Below are positions 27,732 through 41,794 of a stretch of DNA of 64,000 nt, in pieces. How positions within the stretch are numbered: position 1 is the first letter of the stretch; each line of letters starts with the position of its first letter. The DNA lies in NCBI GenBank assembly GCA_951406725.2, contig OX597831.1, forward strand, positions 32,302,001 through 32,366,000. The letters are read 5' to 3'. The notes under the pieces are model-generated. The model was not told the origin of the DNA. It saw nothing but the letters and a program-made list of their open reading frames with translations, and did not search any database. The position numbers and the translations under genes are program-made. This stretch comes from Octopus vulgaris. Taxonomy: Eukaryota.

Positions 27732-27935
27732 CTCAACAAGCATTCAAAGGAAAGCTAAAGGTTAGAAATTAACTATTTTCTCAATGGCTATTTTTTGTGG
27801 TAAAAACTAAAGTCTGCTACACCTTCCTTCTTTCCTTCCTTCCTTCCTTCCTTATTTCCTACATTAAGCTATTATAGTTTCTTTGTCTGTTTGCTTTTTT
27901 TCTTTCTATTTTATCTCAGTTGTGTAAACAAAAGC

Positions 27936-27973
<38 letters not shown>

Positions 27974-28999
27974 GAGAGAGAGCCTTCTCATCCTCACTGA
28001 AATTCATCTAAAAACAGACAAAAAAAACCCCCACTTGATAGAATGAATAAATAAGTCTTTGGAAAGATCGCTGCCAATAATAACAACAACAATAAAATGA
28101 AAGAAAAGGAATTGATGATTACATTTCAATATAATCAGACACACGAGGGAAAATGAGGTGAGGCAGTTGGCTTTTATTTTCACTTTTTGCATGTCTTTTT
28201 TTGAAAAAATTTGTTCCTTCCCTCCTTTGCATAAGAAGTGAAGTGATAGTCTTTGTAGCAATAATGTTCCATATTTTCCATAATCTTCAACTCAAACACA
28301 GCAGTTCCTGTTTTCTTTGCGAATTTCGAAACGGATGAAATAAAAAAAATATAATTAAAAAAAAAAATTTTTTTTTATGAAAGATAAAATTAAACAAACC
28401 AACACCGCTGAAAACATAACCTCCTTCCTTGGCAGAGGTAATAAATATATAAGCACAGGCATGGCTGTGTGGTTTTAAAGCTCAGTATACAATCAGACAG
28501 TTCTGGGTTCAGCCCCACCCCCTGTGTGGCACCTTGGGCAAGAGTCTTCTACAATAGCCTTGCGTCAACCAAAATCTTGTAAGTGGATTTGGGAGATGGA
28601 AACTGGAAGAAGCCCATCATATCTGTGTATCATCACAATCGTCATCATCATTTAACGTCTGTTCTCCATGCTGGCATGGGTTGGTCAGTGTGACAAGAGC
28701 TGGCAAGCCAGAGGGCTATGCCAGCTTCTATTGCCTGTTTTGGCAAGGTTTGTATGGCCAGGTGCCCTTCTTAACAGCGGCCACTTTGCAGAGTGTACTG
28801 GGTGCATTTTCCATGGCACCAACACTGGTAGGGTCACCAAGTAACTTGCAAGACAAGAGAAAGTCTCTTTAACTGGGAGAGAGGTGAGTAATATTGAGGG
28901 AGGTGGCTTTGTGCCAGTTGATGAGAGATTAAAAGGGTAATAGAAGCAGAGAGAGTGAGGGGTGTCTTGCTGATGAAGAGATACAAGGATATCTCAGTT

Positions 29000-29023
29000 G
29001 GAGAAGAAGAAGAGGGAGAAGAG

Positions 29024-29054
<31 letters not shown>

Positions 29055-29201
29055 GAGAAGAAGAGGGAGAAGAGGAAGAAGAAGAAGAGGGAGAAGAAGA
29101 GGGAGAAGAGGAAGAAGAAGAAGAGGGAGAAGAAGAGGGAGAAGAGGAAGAAGAAGAAGAAGAGGGAGAAGAAGAGGGAGAAGAGGAAGAAGAAGAAGAA
29201 A

Positions 29202-29232
<31 letters not shown>

Positions 29233-29277
29233 AGAAGAAGAGGGAGAAGAAGAAGAAGAAGAAGAAGAAGAAGAAGA
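29000..29277. repeat. Pure polypurine (GAA/GAG)n tract with a ~33-bp higher-order unit
   Basis: GAGGGAGAAGAAGAGGGAGAAGAGGAAGAAGAAGAA repeated; purines only on the plus strand. Confidence 0.95.
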
Positions 29278-30289
29278 TAGAGAAGGAAACGATAGAGTGG
29301 GAGAGATGGTGGTGGATATGTTAGGATATACTTTCATGGAACAGTGGAGGAAGGAGTGAATATAAGGGACAGGTGTGGGGGGGACAGAGGGGAAAAATTT
29401 CATAAGAAATGGAAAGGAAATGGCGAGATAGGATAGAGATAACTGTAGTAATTGAAGGCAAGAGATAGAGGAGTGGCTCAGATGGATGGGGGGGGGGGAG
29501 TCATGTCAGATATGTGAGGGCAAGGGGGGGAGAGACAGGGGATGAAAGAGGTGTTGAGAATGGATGGAGTATAGCAGGGAGGGGAGGAAGAAAATGAAGA
29601 ATGGAAGCGGTTCTGGGGAATGGAGAGAGAGGTCTGAGGAATATGTCTGAGTGTGTCTGGGTTTGAGAACTGGTGTTGGTGTGTTTCCATCCCCCACAAC
29701 TTAGCTGTTCAGCAAAAGATATCGATAGAATAAGCATCATGTTTTTAAAAATAAATAGGTCAATTTGTTTGACTAAAACCCTTCAACACAATGCCCCAGC
29801 ATGGCCACAGTCCAATGACTGAAACATGGAAAAGACAACAGAAAAGATATATTTGTCTAAAGCAGTAAACGGAATTTGTTAAATACTTAAAAAAATTTTA
29901 AAGGTTAAAATAATTAAAGGCAAAAATTGATTTAAATTAAATAATTTTTAAAAAGAAGTTAAGTAACAAAATGTTATTTTTTTAATTTTAAATTGTAATT
30001 TCAATCTAATTTAAGAGTTTTACAAACGTGTTTCAGTGATTAATCGATATACAGCGTCAGTCACTGGTCGTTAAGTTGATTAGAGGATTTAATCACTTTG
30101 TTACTCAATAGATTTAGAAGAACAAAGAAGATGAGTTGGTATGTAACTTAATACCAGCAGAAATCAACACACACACACACACACACACACAAGCACACAG
30201 ACACACGTCCACACACACACAAAGCTCACATACACAAACACACACATACACACACACAACACACAAACACACTCTTTTACAGGCCTCAG

Positions 30290-30650
30290 TCTTTGGACTG
30301 CGGCCATGCTGGGGCACCATTCCAAAGGGTTTATTCAAACAAATCAACCCCAGTGCTTATTTCTAAGCTTGCTACATATTCTATCGGTCCCTTTTTTGCT
30401 GAACCTCTAAGTTAAAGGGACATAAACAAAACAACACCAGTAGCCAAGTAGTATTTGTGAGACAGAAATACACACTCACACAGACATGTATATGATGGGC
30501 TTCTTTTAGTTCCTGTTTACCAAATCCTAGCACAGGCCTTGGTCAGCCTGGGGCTATAAAAGAAGACATTTGCCCAAAGTGCCATACAGTGGGACTGAAC
30601 CCAGAACCATGTGCTTAGGAAACAAATTTCTTATCCTGCAGCCAGGGCTG
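30290..30650 (-). mobile_element. SINE-B
   Basis: Reverse copy, head near 30640. Confidence 0.7.
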
Positions 30651-30867
30651 CATTAATATATCACCATCATCCTCATCATTTAATGTTCACTTTTCCACAG
30701 AATTTGTTGAAACAGATTTTCTATGGCTGGATGCCCTTCCTGTTGCCCATTTTCACCTGCTTCCAAGTTAGGGAAGATTTCCCCCATGGCCAGACATGTT
30801 TTCACGGAAGATTGGAAAGAAACAGCATTGCTTGCTTGTTTACATCATGTGATGTCAATACGAGAAT

Positions 30868-30910
<43 letters not shown>

Positions 30911-30944
30911 CATGCATGCACACACACACACATACAAACACAGA

Positions 30945-31292
30945 CTAGGCCCCCCCTGCAATGCATCCCCTACAAAGGTCAAGACCACATCACTTACGAA
31001 CATTGCAGCACAATTTCTTCACTGCAAATGGTCTTGTTCTTTTCAATGTTATCCCGAAAGAAATTAAAAAAGAAAAAGACCCCACAACTTTCAAACGGTA
31101 CCTGGACAAATTCCTCCAGGAAATACCAGATAAACCACATACACCTGGACATGCCTCAATCAACAACTCTCTGCTTGAGTAGTCCATGGTGTCCCGAAAT
31201 AATTAACTAAAAGACTTTTCCAGGTGGCGCTATTGAGTTAGTCATGGCCTGTGCCGATAATGACCAAAACCAATCTAAGTTATCCAAGTTAT
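30945..31292 (+). mobile_element. 5'-truncated CR1/L2-like LINE 3' end
   Basis: ORF 30961-31182 ...LFNVIPKEIKKEKDPTTFKRYLDKFLQEIPDKP... matches the typical CR1-clade ORF2 C-terminal motif (LFN.LP...FK..LD.FL). Followed by a short 3'UTR and a short repeat tail (CTAAGTTATCCAAGTTA). Confidence 0.75.
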
Positions 31293-31479
31293 ATACATAC
31301 AACAGACTTCTTTCAGTTCTATCTACCAAATCCACTCACAAGGCTTTGGTCGGCCCAAGGCTATAGTAAAAGACAACCAAGGTACCATACAGTAGGACTC
31401 AACCTGAACCATATGGTTGGGAAGATTCTTACCACACATCCATGCCTGTGCTCTATATAAATGGACTCATCACATGCAC

Positions 31480-32155
<676 letters not shown>

Positions 32156-32353
32156 TTTCAGTTTCTGCCTACCAAATTCACTCCTGGCCTATAGAAGAAA
32201 CTTGCACAAAGTGTCTCAAACAGTGGGGTTGAACCTAAAACCACAAAGCTGGACAGCAAACTTCATAACCACACAACCACACCATACTTACAGCTTTTAT
32301 GTGTGTGTGTGTGTGTGCATCTATGTATTATGTATGTGTACATTATATACACA

Positions 32354-32393
<40 letters not shown>

Positions 32394-32688
32394 TGCACAT
32401 GCAGTTTAGTGCTAAGCATTGGCAAAAAAGAGTGCATGATACAACAGTAATAGTTTTATTTTGGTTGAATAAGTCTCTTGTTACTTAGAGTTTCGTTTGT
32501 AGAAGCATAGAGTCTTTAGGCAAATTGACTGAAGAAATGATGGAATTTGCATGCCGATACTTATATATAGAATTCCTGTCAGAGTATGAAGTCAAAAGGA
32601 AATGGAAGAAAAGAAAAGAGAATCAAAAGGAAAAGATAAAATGGAAAAAGGTGAGAAAAAAGAAGAAAAATAAATCTATCTATCTATC

Positions 32689-32731
<43 letters not shown>

Positions 32732-33815
32732 CACACATACATACATGCACAGGCCAGAAAACTGAACTTTGAGAATCATCACAAGAGTAATTCTAAGGAA
32801 TCAGAGATAACCATCATCATGCTTTGATGCCTATTTTTCCAGGCTGGCATGTGTTGGACAGTTTGACCAAAGCTAGGAAGCTGCACCAGGTTCCAGTCTG
32901 ATTTGGTTTGGTTTCTATGGCTAGATGTCCTTCCTAATGCCAACCACTTTACAGAATGTGCTGGGTGCTTTTTAACATGCCACTAGCATGACGTGCCACC
33001 AAATTGTTGCTGTGACCTTCCCTTTGATTGAAAAAAATGGAACCACTTCCCAGCAGACTGAAAAGTACCACCAGTTTCTTTGTAGGAGGAAGAGTACCAA
33101 AATTAAGTGTCGTTAAGAAGCAAAAAACCCACAATTCAAAAACTCAGATGTAAGAAATATTATTAGCCATATTAACAGATGTTGCTGAAGACTATGTCTT
33201 TGGATTCTCTCATGCTGAGTTCCAGACAATAACATATGTCAATTCCCTTCAAGACTTTGGCAATGTCTTAGAAGAAGACAACAAACTTTTGCAAGTGAGA
33301 GGTGTCAATTGATCATCTCAACCAAATGAGTTGAGTAGGTGTTGTCTTACCCCAGGTGAGACCTGGTTAAGCAGACCTATGATCAAAACTGTTTCAGTTA
33401 TGGCCATCTCATATAATTTTCAGGAATGGTCTAACACAGACTACGTTATCTTGTCCGTGTTCCTTGCTTTTCTTTTCATTAAAAGACAATAAGGTGTCGT
33501 TTGAGGAAGATTTGGCTGCTATTTCTAACACCTAGGGGTTGCCTTAGATGAAATTGAAAAAGTATAAAAAGTGACCTACTTGGTACAGGAAGAGGCACAG
33601 GTGCCACTCTGTCACTGATCAACATACCATAAGCTGTGGTTTAACAAAAAAATAAACACATAATCAAAAATGAGATACACATTCACACACACGTACACAC
33701 ACACAAATACACACGCATAAACACATAAACACACACACAAACACACATAAGGACACAAAACATTTGGCATTATTTTATGTAAATGCAAAAGATTCTTAAG
33801 GCCCGGATGAAACAG

Positions 33816-34024
33816 TTAACCATTTTGATACCAACCTACCTGAGACCACCCCAACTAGTTCTATGATACAAACTTCTGATCTAAACATCAAAATATTTCA
33901 AGTTCATTTATATTCCAAACACCAGATTAATAATGACAAACTTATTTAACTAAATCCTTCATTATTTTCAAAATTGAAACAAAGGCACCATATTTCAACA
34001 GAAATACAATAAGAAAAGGGTTAA
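33816..34024 (+). mobile_element. piggyBac-like MITE, same family as 43455-43667
   Basis: TTAACCATTTTGATACC...AAGAAAAGGGTTAA, with shared internal CCAAACACCAG-TTAATAATGAC-AA-TTATTT motif. Confidence 0.6.
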
Positions 34025-35300
34025 AGTTATCTTGATTATATTAATTTACATTGCAATCACCAGCTCAATAATGACTAAGTTATTTTATTTAATTCTTCAT
34101 TATTTTAAAAATGAATTGAGACAATGACTATGTAGTCATTTCTGATGATTGCCAGAGTTAGTTCTCAATTTCTGGTATGAAACCAATTGGAAAATTGGCT
34201 ACAATAAGGCTGTAATATTGTATTCTATTATTATGATTAATGATAATAATACACCCACTATAAACTAATATATCTTAGGTTTGTCATGAGCCTACAGGCC
34301 GGAGTTTAACCCAGGGTGAGTGATCAAGATTAAAATACATAGAACAACCTAAATAGGACACTAGTTGGTCTCAGGGCTAATGCCAAGTTGGTGGGACTCT
34401 CAGCTGAGAGGGACTGGGGCAACAGGAAACGAAGCAGTTTACTAAAGAACACCTTTGTTATCACTCATTCTAGGATTTGAAACCATCAACTTTGTATGTG
34501 TGTGTTTATGCGTGTGTGCATGTGTGTGCACATGTGTATGTGTGTGTGCATGCATCATGTGTGGGGGTGTGGGGGTGTATGGAGGTGTAGTGTGTGGGTG
34601 CATATTTGTACATCATGTGTTTGTGTGGGTGTGGGTGCATGGAGTGTGTCTGTGCTTGTGTATGCATGCGTGTGTGTGTGTATGTGTTGTGTTGTGTAGG
34701 GGGGGGTGTTGTGTGTGTGTGGGGGGTGAGGGAGATTTTTCTTTGTCTTGTGAGTTATTTGGTGACTTCACTTGCACTGATGCCTTACAAAAAAAAAAGT
34801 ACCCAGTACACACTGTAGGGTGGCTGGCATTAGGAACGGCATCTACCCCATATAAACCATGCCAAAGCTGACACTGGACTTTGATGCAGTCCTGCAATTT
34901 GTTGGATTCTGTGAAACCTTCAAACTCATGCTAGCAGGGAATATGAACCTTAAACAATGATATATATATATATATCTCAATCGTCTTATCATTTTATGTC
35001 TGCTTTCCATGCTTCTAGGGCTTAGACAAGTTGTCACAGTACATGGCAGTTCTTATTCATAGTTACTGCCCAGCTAAGTGTTGTTGGGGTACCACATTCA
35101 CCTGTATGCTTCATTTAGGCATCATTTCTACATCTGGATACTGATTGACCATTTTTATAGATTGTACTGGGTATGTTTTACAATAGCACCAGTATTAGAG
35201 AGACTGCCATGTTCTCGACAAGACTAAAGACTTAGCACAACCCTACAATGCTTGTGCTTGTTTGTTTATTGGGTGTACTGGGTGCATATTATTGTGGCAG

Positions 35301-35530
35301 CTATCCTCGGTAGTATAGTGGTAAGTATCCCCGCCTGTCATGCGGGAGAACGGGGGATCGATTCCCCGCCGGGGAGGCATCTTAATTTGAGGTTGACTTT
35401 GCCTTTCATCCTTTCGGGGTCGATTAAAAAAGTACCAGTTAATCACTGGGGTCGATGTAATCGACTTAATCCGTTTGTCTGTCCTTGTTTGTCCCTTCTG
35501 TGTGTAGCCCCTTGTGGGCAATAAAGAAAT
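35301..35530 (+). mobile_element. Chimeric retroposon: tRNA-Asp head plus SINE-A body and tail, with 15-bp TSD
   Basis: ATATTATTGTGGCAG direct repeats at 35286-35300 and 35531-35545. 35389-35530 matches the 3' part of SINE-A copies such as 2663-2910. Confidence 0.85.
35304..35376 (+). tRNA. tRNA-Asp(GTC) sequence, probably a retroposed pseudogene forming the head of a chimeric SINE
   Basis: TCCTCGGTAGTATAGTGGTAAGTATCCCCGCCTGTCATGCGGGAGAACGGGGGATCGATTCCCCGCCGGGGAG. Acceptor stem TCCTCGG/CCGGGGA, GTC anticodon, close to canonical eukaryotic tRNA-Asp. T-loop is altered (GATCGATT instead of TTCGATT). Confidence 0.9.
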
Positions 35531-36192
35531 ATATTATTGTGGCAGGCACCAGCATTACTGAGGCTGCCCTTTACTCTGCAAGACAGAAAATAATCCTTAC
35601 TGCTCTGGCTGTTTCCATATGTTCAGGATTATGTGATCAACAGAATGGGTAGAAAGGGGTGGAGATGATTACAGTAGATAAAGTAAGGTGGGGAGGAGAA
35701 AGAAATGAGAGCCTGATGATGTGTATGAAATGAGAGAACAGTAACTGAATTACTGCAGTGGAAGAGAAGAGAGACAATAAGATGTTGTAAAGGTTGGGTG
35801 CAATGGAAGAGAGACAATTATGGTAGGTACATATTTATAAGTAAAAAGAGAGCATAAGTGAAGGATAGTCATGAAAATAGCAAGTGGTCAGAGAATATGA
35901 TGAATAATAATAGATGAGCAGGGGGAGGGGATTGGCAGGTAGTGGTGTGGAAATGGGGTTGTAATGTTAGCTGATGAGGGAGAGAGCATGGAATGTGGGT
36001 GGTCAAGAGTGTAGAGGAAACAGAGTGAATATTATAAAGAAAATTCTGATGAATCTAAAAGATTTGTTGGTCTCCAGGTGAAACATCTTGCAAATTGCAG
36101 GTCAACTTTCTATTATAAATTAACTGCCTTCAAACATGTTGAGTATTTTTTTTTAATTTGCAGCTGCCATAGCAACCAAGGGTACCTATACT

Positions 36193-36223
<31 letters not shown>

Positions 36224-36443
36224 CATATATATGTACACACACACACACCTATGTACATGATTGAATGGATAAACAAAATTAGCACTTAATGCATTTGGTT
36301 AGAGTAACGTGAATTCAATATTTTGACTATTACCCCTTCAGTCACTAAATTGACTGATCAATAATAAATGTGTTGTGGGGGGGGTACTCTAATATAAAAC
36401 ATTGAGAATGAGTGCTCAATACCACATTGGTGGATGAATATTG

Positions 36444-36601
36444 TTTATTAGTGAGTTAACAAGACAACCAATGGTTTCATGTGAAGAGATCTTTACAATT
36501 TTTTTAGAGACAAGTACCAACTCTTCCATGTGACTTTCTTGAACAACTGTGAAGATCTCTTCACATGAAACCATTGGTTGCCTTGTTAACCCACAAATAA
36601 A
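36444..36601. mobile_element. Hairpin MITE-like inverted repeat
   Basis: TTTATTAGTGAGTTAACAAGACAACCAATGGTTTCATGTGAAGAGATCTT...AAGATCTCTTCACATGAAACCATTGGTTGCCTTGTTAACCCACAAATAAA; ~55-bp arms with few mismatches. Confidence 0.65.
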
Positions 36602-37737
36602 GTTTATATATATATATAACATGTATATATAATCTGATATAATAATGGGCTAATGGAGTTAAATGCAGTGTTCAAGCAGTATTAAAAACAATCTTTTCAG
36701 TTCCTTATTTGAGAAGAATAACTTCTAAAAAAAAAATTAATCAAGCATTAATTTAATTAGGGATTTTAATTACACCTATTTAAAGATCTCTTTAGTCAGT
36801 ATCTCCGATAGATATTTATAACAGAAATGTCTTCAACTGTCTGAAATTTTTTTTTTAAATCCGACTGACTAAACAAAGCTAAAATGGTACAAATTTATTA
36901 ATTTTTTTTTTATTTTCCAAAAATTGTTTTCTCAATATTAATTGAAAAAATTGATTATTTCTAATTTCTTATTTAGGTTACAACAAAGCAAATTATTGAA
37001 GGAGACAAACATGATAACTGTTTCACTGTTACTCTTTTACTGGTTTCAGCCATAGGACAGTGGCCATGCTGGGGCACTGTATTGGCAGGATTTTTACTTT
37101 ATCGTATCATTCTCCACTGCTTATTCTGATGGCTCCTGTTTTGCTGAATCAAAAACTGGTTGGTGCTGAACGGTGTTTAAATACGAGATACAAAAGGACA
37201 CACACACAAGATAGTCTTTCACACAGCTTTTCTCTACCAAATTCACTCACAAGGTTCCACGCCTCGCTTTACCATTCTAACCCGACTCTTTTCATTGCTG
37301 TTGTCATATTCAACATCCCAGTCTCTGAAAGAATCATTTTTGCCCAGTTCTTCCCCACCAGAAAGTCATCCTGCTGGAACTTCCTCTCAGTTCATGTCCC
37401 ACACACACTCAGCAGATGCCGACTCATAACAGTTCAAGATAAACATTAATGGCATCAAATCTCACCAATCTCAGGTATTTCTCTTTTCTCCAAGTCCAAT
37501 AATTACAAAGAAAAAAAAAAAAAAGAAATCTGAATGTATTGCAGCCCAGGTGCTCCACAATGCGGAATGGGCTAGTCAGTTACATCAACCCCAATACATA
37601 GCTGGTACTTATTTTATTGACCTCAAAAGTATGGGAAGGAAATCAACTTCAGCAGAATTTGAACTCAGAACGTAAAAACAAATGAAATGCCACTATTCTG
37701 CAAACCTGCAGTCTTAACAACAACAACAGCAGCAATA

Positions 37738-38095
37738 ATCATCATCATCATCGTTGAACATCCACTTTCCATGCTGGCTTGGGTTGGATTGTTTGACTGA
37801 GTACTGGCAAGCCAGAAGGCTGCACCAGGCCCCAATCCGATCTGGCAAGGTTTCTGCAGCTGGATGCCCTTCCTAATGCCAACCACTCTGAGAGTGTAGT
37901 GGGTGCTTTTTACGTGCGACTGGCATGAGGGCCAATCAGGCAGTACTGGCACTGGCCGCACTTACAAGGCGCTTTTTACATGCCACTGGCACAGGAGCCA
38001 GTCAGGTGGAAATGGTAATGACCACACTTGAATGGTGCTTTTTATGTGCCACTGGCACGGGTGCCTATCAGGCGGTACTGTCATCGGCCACAAAA
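37738..38095 (-). mobile_element. Family C retroposon
   Basis: Colinear with 41434-41766. Confidence 0.8.
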
Positions 38096-38199
38096 ATGAC
38101 TTCACTTGCCTCAACAGGTCTTCGCAAGCACAGTTTATTGCCCAATGATTGAAGGGTTCTCTTATATAGACCGGTTACGCTGCACTAACAGCAATAATA

Positions 38200-39434
38200 A
38201 TAGTTTCAAATTTTGGATCAAGGCCAGAAATTCCAGGAAGGAAGTTGATTAAATCAACCTCAGTGTTCACCTGATACTTATATTATTGACCCCAAAAAGT
38301 CAAAAGGCAAAATTGACCTCGGCAGAATTTAAACTTAAAACAAAAACAAACAAAAATGGACAAAATGCCACTAAGCATTTTGGCAGGTGTGCTAATGAGT
38401 CTACCAGTTCAATGCTTTAACAACAACAGGAAGGAAGGAGACCCACCCTCTTTTAGTCATGCATGACCATAAGATTGCATCTAGAAAGTTCTTCCCCGAG
38501 GCACAAGTCCGGGCAGTTGCCCATACATGCCAGTCTCCCTTCTCAATGCCACCAATGTTATCCAAGGGACGTCAAAACTCATTTCTACAGCTGAGTGAAC
38601 AGGAACAACATGAAATAAAAAGTCTTGCTCAAGAACACAACACACAGCTCAGTCCAGGGATTGAACTTGCTATCTCATGATTGTGTGCCTGATGCTCTAA
38701 CTACTGAGCCATGTACCTTCACACAAGACCACCACCATCACCAACAGCAACAATAATAATGATTACAAACTTTGGCACAAGGCCAGCAGTTTGGGAGGGA
38801 GGGTGTAAATAGATTACCAGTGCATAACTGGTACTTATTTTAACAACCCCAAAAGGATAAAAGGCAAAGTCGACCTCGATGGAATTTGAACTCAGAACAT
38901 AAAGACAGACGAAATGCCAGGTGTGCTAATATTTCTACCAGCCCACTGCCTTAATAATAATAATAATCCTTTCTACTAAAGGCACAAGACTCGAAATTTT
39001 GGGGGAGGAGACTAGTTGATTACATTGACCCCAGTGCATAACTGGTACTTAATTTATCGGCCCCGAAAGGATGAAAGGCAAAGTTGACCCTGGCGGCATT
39101 TGAACTCAGAACATGAAGACAGACGAAATACTGCTAAGTACTTCGCCCAGCATGCTAATGATTCTGCCAGCTTGCTATCTTAATAATAATAATAATAATA
39201 GTCCTTACTACTAAAAACACAAGACCTGAAATTTTGGGGGAGGGGACTAGTTGACTACACTGACCCCAGTGTTTCATTGGTTCTTAATCAATTGACCCCA
39301 CCACCACCCACCACCCGACCGAAGGATGAATGGTAAAGTTCACCTTTGCAGAATTTGAACTCAGAACACAAAGACAGACAAAATACTGCAAAGCTTTTTA
39401 CCCAGCATGCTAACAATTCTGTTAGCTTGCTGCC

Positions 39435-39436
<2 letters not shown>
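38200..39436 (-). mobile_element. Cluster of ~4 SINE-A copies plus a SINE-D copy (38430-38720)
   Basis: Repeated cores, same orientation, (AAT)n spacers. Confidence 0.8.
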
Positions 39437-39466
<30 letters not shown>

Positions 39467-40235
39467 CTGAAGTAAATAGTGTGGTTTCCATTTTTTCTGC
39501 ACCACACCTCCAAGATATAAGTGATTTTTTGAAGTTACAGTAAACCACAATAAAAAGTGGTGGTGGTGGTGATGATGATAGCGATGGTGGTGGTGGTGGT
39601 GGATGGTGGTGGTGAAGGTAATGGTAGCGATGGTGGTGGTAGTAGTGGTGGTGGTGGTGGTAGTAGTGGTGGTGGTACTAGTGGTAGTGATGGCAGTAGT
39701 GACAATGATGGTGATGGTATTTATCATGGTACTGGTCTGGTGATAGTGGTGTTAGTGCCAGTGGTGGTATTGCAGAAACTGTAGTGGTGGTGGTGATAAT
39801 AGTGGCTATGGTGGTAGTGAAGGCGGAGGGCATGGTGGACAGCAACAAACAACAACAAAAACAACAACATTATTCATTTTATGAGAGACAACTTCCAAAC
39901 AAAACCGCTTGTAATCTCCGATTGCTTTCGGTCCCCCACCCCACCCTCAGAAGAATACTTCCCAGCCTTCATCACTCGTACACCCGACCCAAGTCTGCAT
40001 TGCTGATCACATTGTTTGGTCTTTTGCCACTCAGTTGAGCAAAAATTAAGCAGAATGTTATGAAAGCCATTGTAGAAGTCACTGGAAAGGAAAAAAAAAA
40101 CAAACATTCTATGTTCCACATGACATGTACACACAACACACACACACATATATAAACACATGTGCATGCATATACACATATACACACATGTATATGCATG
40201 TATAGAGATACACCTACAGACACAGAGAAAGTGCA

Positions 40236-40275
<40 letters not shown>

Positions 40276-40424
40276 TACATATATATATGTATATATATAT
40301 GCATACATATATATATGTATATATATATGCATACATATATATATGTATATATATATGCATACATATATATATGTATATATATATACATACATATATATAT
40401 GTTGCGTATTTATATATACGTTTG

Positions 40425-40466
<42 letters not shown>

Positions 40467-40471
40467 TACAT

Positions 40472-40520
<49 letters not shown>

Positions 40521-41433
40521 CACACACCCGACTGCAGCCACATGGCTGAAACAAGTAAAAAAAAAATAAAAGAGTAAAATTTAGTGTGTGTGTGTGTATA
40601 TATGTATATATATATGTATATATATATAAGCACATATGTATACATATATATACACACACAGACATTCACACATGGACACACACACAAACCTATACATCAT
40701 GCTTGCATGTGCACATGTTCTTTAAATGGTGCACTTGCTATATATTGTCATAGGAATATGGAAGAGAGGGAGAGGAGGGAAAAAAAGAAAGGTGAATGAG
40801 AGTGAAGAGAGAGGGTAGTAGCGATGCGTGTGTGTGTGTGTGTGTGTGTGTTTGTGTTCTCATTACAAAAGACCACAGCAAGCAGGGAAACAAAAACTGC
40901 GCTGCTAAACCTGCCTGTTGCAGCAGTCTGCATTTCTTGTAGTTCTGCTGTTCTGCACAAATGTGCAATCAAAGTACTGTACAGTTTACATAAAGAAGGA
41001 ATCATTCACCGTACGTGGTTTACCGAATTGTAGTGAACAAGCCTTTTATCATTGTAATAATTAATGCAAGAAACGTGAACGATTGGTGAACGATTGGTGA
41101 ACAATCAGTGAACCAGTCAACAGGTATTCTTGCTGTGCTATGATGGTATTTAAACATTTGATTGGTGGGGTGGAGGAGGGGTGAAACGAGGGTAGACAAT
41201 GTTAGAATACTGTGTGTGTGTGTCTCCCACCACCACCACCACCACCACCACAACTAAATGTTTTATAGTGTTTCTGTGTATCTTCCCCTATAGTTCTGGG
41301 TTCCTGATTTCAAATTTCACTAGAGTTAGCAATTATTTTTGGTTGAGATTAGGGAGAACTGGATAATTTTGTCAACAATACATAATTGCTGATACAGACA
41401 TCAGACATCTAATTGGTGCTGGTGCTATAAGCA

Positions 41434-41766
41434 ATCATCATCATCATCATCGTTTAACGTCCGTTCTCCATGCTAGCATGGGTTGGACGGTTCGACCGGG
41501 GATCTGGGAAGCCAGAAGGCTGCCCCAGGCTCCGGTCTTATCTGGCAATGTTTCTACAGCTGGATGCCCTTCCTAACGCCAACCACTCCGTGAGTGTAGT
41601 GGGTGCTTTTTACGTGCCACCTGCACTGGAGCCAGGCGAGGCTGGCATCGGCCACAGTCGGATTGGTGCATTTTATGAGCCACCTGCACGGAAGCCAGTC
41701 GAGGCGGCACTGGCTTCGGCCACGATTCGGATGGTACTTTTTACGTGCCACCGACACGGAAGCCAA
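41434..41766 (-). mobile_element. Family C retroposon, young copy
   Basis: CpG-rich, with three GGTGCTTTTTACGTGCCACC subunits. Confidence 0.85.
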
Positions 41767-41794
41767 AGTAATACAAATAATAAAAACAACAATA

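Noticed and set aside
28834-29403. Poly-E/poly-S/poly-K ORFs resembling acidic proteins
   Set aside because: Produced by the GAA/GAG tract; no complex coding flanks or splice signals.
37255-37500. Complex stretch with short open frames on both strands
   Set aside because: No clear splice pair or recognisable protein motif.
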